From the IMG/VR virus record IMGVR_UViG_3300037504_000201, positions 1-64,000 of that record: DNA of 64,000 nt. One strand, given 5' to 3'. Shown in pieces: positions 60,665-64,000 of this stretch (within the stretch, counting starts at the first letter, position 1; every line of letters begins with the position of its first letter). A program made the translations under genes and the position numbers. The DNA is from a virus. Taxonomy: Duplodnaviria > Heunggongvirae > Uroviricota > Caudoviricetes. Below the pieces are notes generated by a model, which saw nothing but the letters and a program-made list of their open reading frames with translations, made no database searches and was not told the origin of the DNA.

Positions 60665-61145
60665 CAATTCGCTGCTCGACCAGCGCGTCGATTAGCGCGT
60701 CCAGCTTCTCCGCGCGCTCGGTGTCGGTTAGGCCGGCGTGGACGGATTCAATGGGGCCGCCGTCCTTGCCGGTCAGCTCGGTGCGCGTCGGCGCGTCCAG
60801 TCCCATGAGGTCAGCCCGGCGCTTCATCAACTTGAGCACCCGGTCAATCGCGCTGTAATCGCCTTGCGCCGCCCGCGTCCAGATGCCAAGCAGCATCCGG
60901 TCGATGCGCTCAAGTTCTAGCGTGCGAACGGCGCCCGCATCGTCTGCGATTTGGTCACGCAACTTTTCAAGCTCGCGCTTGACGTCTTTGTGCGCGTAGC
61001 GTTCACCCCACCCACCGGGTAGATTGTCAATGCCAAACTCTCGCACCGCAGCGGCGGCGATGTCGCGATATGTGGCACCGGCACGGCGCATTTTTAGCAC
61101 GTATTCACGTCGTTCTGCCGTGTCTAACAAATCGCTTGTACCCAT
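60651..61145 (-). CDS. terminase small subunit (putative)
   Basis: N-terminal HTH (RRAGATYRDIAAAA). Position immediately upstream of the large subunit. Confidence 0.55.
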   Translation of the reverse strand: MGTSDLLDTAERREYVLKMRRAGATYRDIAAAAVREFGIDNLPGGWGERYAHKDVKRELEKLRDQIADDAGAVRTLELERIDRMLLGIWTRAAQGDYSAIDRVLKLMKRRADLMGLDAPTRTELTGKDGGPIESVHAGLTDTERAEKLDALIDALVEQRIDGEE

Positions 61146-61159
61146 CTTTGCGTACCCTA

Positions 61160-61894
61160 TTACTCCAACAACTCTGGTTCAAGCCCCATATCGGCCAAGC
61201 GTTGGAGCGCCACCGCCACATATTTCGGCTCTATCTCGATTCCTCTGCATTGCCGGCCTAGTCGCTCGCAAGCCACGGCGGTTGTGCCGGAGCCAAGGAA
61301 GGGGTCGAAGACCACATCACTGGAGTCGCTGCCGTGACGAAGCGCATTCTCGCACAATTCGACCGGCTTCATGGTTGGGTGCTCCCGCGACGCCGAAGGC
61401 TTGTCGTACTCCCACACAGTCGTCTGCTTGCGGTCGAGCGGCGCATGATGGTCTGCGCCGGGCTTCCATCCATAAAACAGTACCTCGTGCCTGTAATGGT
61501 AATCCGAATGCCCAAGCACCATCGTGTTTTTTACCCATACGATTGTCTGTCGCCACACCCCAATGCTCTTTAGTACTGTTGCGAAATCGTAGAATTGCGG
61601 CCCCGCCGGGGCCGCAATGTACCAGCACGCCCCATCGCGGCTCACATCGAAGGCCATGCATAGCGACTCGGACAGCAGCCCCAGAAGATCGTCCGCGCCG
61701 TCGTTCTGGATGGTAAGCGCGTCATCGGTCTTGCCGACGTAATCCACTCCATACGGCGGGTCAGTCACCACGCAATCCGCCTTCTCCCCGTCCATCACTA
61801 AATCAACAACGTCGGGATCGGTACAATCACCACAGACAAGTCTATGGCGGTACTTGATCTCTGGCTCAAATTCGTGACCGCATTGGCATTTCAT
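61160..61894 (-). CDS. DNA methyltransferase (N6-adenine/N4-cytosine, beta class) with N-terminal zinc ribbon
   Basis: DPPYG (motif IV) precedes FDPFLGSGTT (motif I). Starts 2 nt after the ParB-like stop. Confidence 0.8.
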   Translation of the reverse strand: MKCQCGHEFEPEIKYRHRLVCGDCTDPDVVDLVMDGEKADCVVTDPPYGVDYVGKTDDALTIQNDGADDLLGLLSESLCMAFDVSRDGACWYIAAPAGPQFYDFATVLKSIGVWRQTIVWVKNTMVLGHSDYHYRHEVLFYGWKPGADHHAPLDRKQTTVWEYDKPSASREHPTMKPVELCENALRHGSDSSDVVFDPFLGSGTTAVACERLGRQCRGIEIEPKYVAVALQRLADMGLEPELLE

Positions 61895-61896
61895 AG

Positions 61897-62529
61897 CTAA
61901 TCCAGCTTGTGCAATCTGCCGCACTTGGGGCAAATTGTATAACGCCCAATCCCCCACAACTGCCCAGATTCAACCCCCCACTTTTTGCGCAGCTCTTCCG
62001 CCTTGTCGATCTGCGCGCCGGGGTCCTCGGGCGGCTCTTGCGATAGCGCCAACAACGCCTCGATATCGCCCACGTCAAACGCCACCGGCGCCTCGTCCAT
62101 CTGCGCAAGCTCGGCAAGCTGCTGCTCAAAGTCGGCTTCCCACATTCGCATATGGTCAGTGAGATCAAAGTCGCCGCCGGATAGCGTCAATGCGTTGTGG
62201 TCCACTCCGTACGACTTGGCAGCCGCCTCGCTGGCAGCGTCAACGCCGAACGTGACGGGCACAAGCCAGCCGCCGTTGTCGTCAACAGCAATCCCGCGCG
62301 GCGGGTCGTCGCCAGCATTGCGCATCGCGTCCAACGCGATAAAGCGCCCGTTGCCTTCAACAATCCCGCCGTCGCCCTTGTTCAGCTGCGGCTCGAATTT
62401 AGGCGAGTCCTTGAATCCGTGGCGTTTGAAGGACTTAATCAGCGCCTCAATGTCATGGCGCTTCTTGTTATCGTCCCAAAGCAGCGCGAGGTTCAATGGC
62501 ACGTATTCGATGGTCAGTTTATCACTCAT
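61897..62529 (-). CDS. ParB-like nuclease domain protein
   Basis: Leaderless start. GNGRFIALDA and surrounding region are ParB/Srx-like. Paired with the methyltransferase. Confidence 0.5.
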   Translation of the reverse strand: MSDKLTIEYVPLNLALLWDDNKKRHDIEALIKSFKRHGFKDSPKFEPQLNKGDGGIVEGNGRFIALDAMRNAGDDPPRGIAVDDNGGWLVPVTFGVDAASEAAAKSYGVDHNALTLSGGDFDLTDHMRMWEADFEQQLAELAQMDEAPVAFDVGDIEALLALSQEPPEDPGAQIDKAEELRKKWGVESGQLWGIGRYTICPKCGRLHKLD

Positions 62530-62535
62530 ACCTCA

Positions 62536-62565
62536 AGTATACACTATCCCGTGTACGCTTGTCAA
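62536..62565 (-). promoter_or_regulatory. leaderless promoter class C, copy 3
   Basis: TTGACA-AGCGTACACGGGATAGTG-TATACT-TGAGGT-ATG. Confidence 0.7.
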
Positions 62566-62578
62566 CTGGATACGCCTA

Positions 62579-62652
62579 AAATCAATTTGACTTAATTGAT
62601 TGGCTTAAAACATATAATATATATTTTAAAGGAATCAATTAAGTCAAATTGA
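62579..62652. repeat. AT-rich palindromic element, copy 9 (two-arm)
   Basis: Arms AATCAATTTGACTTAATTGATT and GAATCAATTAAGTCAAATTGAAT. TTGACT-18-TATATA on both strands. Confidence 0.8.
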
Positions 62653-62668
62653 ATTCTACCGATTGGTA

Positions 62669-62698
62669 TAAAAAAAGCCCCGCCGGGGGGGCGGGGCC
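62669..62698 (-). terminator. rho-independent terminator
   Basis: On the minus RNA: GGCCCCGCC-CCCC-GGCGGGGC, then UUUUUUUAUACC. Confidence 0.7.
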
Positions 62699-62715
62699 TT
62701 GCGGGGCGGGTTGCT

Positions 62716-62931
62716 CTACACTCGTTCGTCGAACTCCTGGGCGCGGATGATGCGTGTCTCGTGGGCGGTGACGTCAATGCCGGCCTCGCGGCACGCATAG
62801 CGCCAATCTTTGATCAGCCCGTCGATGTACTCATCACGCGAGCGTCCAAACTCGGTAAGCGTCAACGGGCAATAGGCGAGTGTCTGCTCGGCGATGCGCC
62901 GAAGGACGGTCCAGCGGGCGTCGTTATTCAT
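62716..62931 (-). CDS. hypothetical protein
   Basis: RBS GGGGAGG, 4 nt before the internal ATG. 8-nt overlap with the upstream gene. Confidence 0.45.
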   Translation of the reverse strand: MNNDARWTVLRRIAEQTLAYCPLTLTEFGRSRDEYIDGLIKDWRYACREAGIDVTAHETRIIRAQEFDERV

Positions 62932-63169
62932 CGTCCTCCCCTTTCGGCATCTTGGCGCCATATAGCGACAGATGCAAATTCTTCCACGCCACCGCCGCGC
63001 TGGTGCCGAGCGAGCCTTTAGCCGCTTCGGCGTCGTCGCGCGACGGGAACAGCTTGATTGTGCCATCGTCGTTCTTGATAGCTTGTTGACCGCTCGTCAC
63101 GGCGATGAAGACGATGTCGTCGGCGGCATGCTGGCTAGCGTTGAATAGACTGTGTTGCGTGGCGTTCAT
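62924..63169 (-). CDS. hypothetical protein
   Basis: ATGA coupling. Confidence 0.45.
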   Translation of the reverse strand: MNATQHSLFNASQHAADDIVFIAVTSGQQAIKNDDGTIKLFPSRDDAEAAKGSLGTSAAVAWKNLHLSLYGAKMPKGEDDE

Positions 63170-63468
63170 TCCAGCACCTCATCCGCCTTGGGCGCATAGG
63201 CCCAGGCGTCAACATTGGACGGATCAATCTCCCATCCGTCGTCGTCGATAAAGCGGCTGGGGCGCGTCGCGTCGTATGACGCGATTTGCAACGCGCCGTC
63301 CATCATAATCAAGCAGCGCGCATACGGCTTGGGCTGATCAGTATTTGCGTGCCATTCAAGCGTTGTCCGCCGCAGAACCTCCTTATGATACGGCCCCGGC
63401 TCGCTGTTTACAATTCCTCCCTGCGCCTTGATAAAACTCTTGGCTAATCGCAAGCCCTTCTTGCTCAT
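63166..63468 (-). CDS. hypothetical protein
   Basis: ATGA coupling with RBS GGAGGG. Confidence 0.45.
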   Translation of the reverse strand: MSKKGLRLAKSFIKAQGGIVNSEPGPYHKEVLRRTTLEWHANTDQPKPYARCLIMMDGALQIASYDATRPSRFIDDDGWEIDPSNVDAWAYAPKADEVLE

Positions 63469-63854
63469 TTCAACCCTCCATAAATCTTTCGCCACTCCTC
63501 AAATCCCAGCCGCTCGGCATCCTCTGACGGCGCGCGCTCTGCGCACTCGTCATAGCTCAGATGCTTGGATCCAGCCTTCACCCACTCGCCAATGGCCTCG
63601 TCGGCGCTGCAAGCGTCGTGAGCGCGAATGGCACGTTCGGCAGTCTTGACGTCGATCTCGCCGTTAACGAGCCCAGACACCACCCACTCGGCAAAGTCGC
63701 CCTGAGCGTCGGGGCTATCTGACTGCTCGATGGTCCAAGAGATGAGATTGAGCAACTCGGACCACGTTAGGGCTTGGATTGCGTCGAATCCGTAGACGAT
63801 CGCGCCGCCGGGCCAGCGCCTGACGGTTACGTCGGGGGATAGTTGTTTTTTCAT
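63465..63854 (-). CDS. hypothetical protein
   Basis: RBS AAGGAGAG. A 100-bp GC-rich structured leader lies upstream. Confidence 0.45.
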   Translation of the reverse strand: MKKQLSPDVTVRRWPGGAIVYGFDAIQALTWSELLNLISWTIEQSDSPDAQGDFAEWVVSGLVNGEIDVKTAERAIRAHDACSADEAIGEWVKAGSKHLSYDECAERAPSEDAERLGFEEWRKIYGGLK

Positions 63855-64000
63855 TGATCTCTCCTTATCACTATGTGCCAGCCATTCCGGCACTCCTGCC
63901 CGCCCCGGTGGTCTGGCGCTTCCACCGTCTCGCCCGTGCTGTGAAGCTGTCGCCATCGGGTGGGCGGGCAGCAGGGCCGGAAACCCGGCGCCTGCTAAAT

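Noticed and set aside
61897-61957. ParB-like and methyltransferase ORFs as a single frameshifted fusion gene.
   Set aside because: A clean start (MKCQCG...) lies 2 nt after the ParB-like stop, with an N-terminal zinc ribbon. Two coupled genes explain the sequence without invoking a frameshift.
1678-62652. The AT-rich palindromic elements as IS/MITE-type transposable elements.
   Set aside because: No transposase, no terminal inverted repeats with target-site duplications, and the copies are variably truncated. Their positions track promoters and gene starts. They are better explained as regulatory cassettes, though mobility cannot be excluded.
1-64000. CRISPR array, integrase, CI-like repressor, excisionase.
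   Set aside because: No regularly spaced direct repeats. No ORF with tyrosine or serine recombinase motifs. No LexA-like S24 domain. Lifestyle cannot be decided from this window.

Overview
This window looks like roughly 64 kb of a high-GC tailed-phage (siphovirus-like) genome. It has two convergent transcription blocks that meet at a rho-independent terminator near 20.3 kb.

The + strand block (1 to 20216) carries early, DNA-metabolism genes: a DEAH-box SF2 helicase, a Gp37/Gp68 (DUF5131) protein, an ATP-dependent RNA/DNA ligase-like enzyme, a Zn-finger/Toprim primase, a HAD phosphatase and a MazG-like protein. It also has many small ORFs, two tandem paralog pairs, and a low-GC moron encoding an SPFH (band-7) lipoprotein with a small membrane partner.

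The - strand block (20319 to 63956), read right to left, is the late/virion module. In order it contains:
- a ParB-like protein and a DNA methyltransferase;
- small and large terminase;
- a 6.6-kb non-structural island with dCTP deaminase, a PD-(D/E)xK nuclease, an ADP-ribosyltransferase-like protein and Zn-ribbon proteins;
- a portal protein carrying a C-terminal HExxH domain;
- MuF-like and head proteins;
- a prohead protease fused to a 2H phosphoesterase domain;
- an HK97-fold major capsid protein;
- head-tail proteins, a tail protein with BNR repeats, and a tail chaperone with an apparent +1 frameshift;
- the tape measure protein;
- an amidase;
- a large PKD/BNR tail protein and a beta-helix fibre;
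- a glycoside hydrolase.

The most unusual feature is the regulatory architecture. There are nine copies of an AT-rich composite palindromic intergenic element that carries TTGACA-18-TATAAT promoter hexamers. There are three copies of an early promoter with an ATTCTAGAAT palindrome in its spacer. There are three leaderless promoters that share a TACAC-N6-GTGTA operator, which also recurs as hairpin palindromes beside four of the AT-rich elements. A duplicated structured RNA leader shows compensatory base changes. A promoter-plus-terminator pair defines a candidate small RNA with an anti-Shine-Dalgarno motif.

No integrase, repressor, tRNA or CRISPR array was seen. Coordinates of non-coding elements are hand-counted and may be off by 1 to 2 bases.
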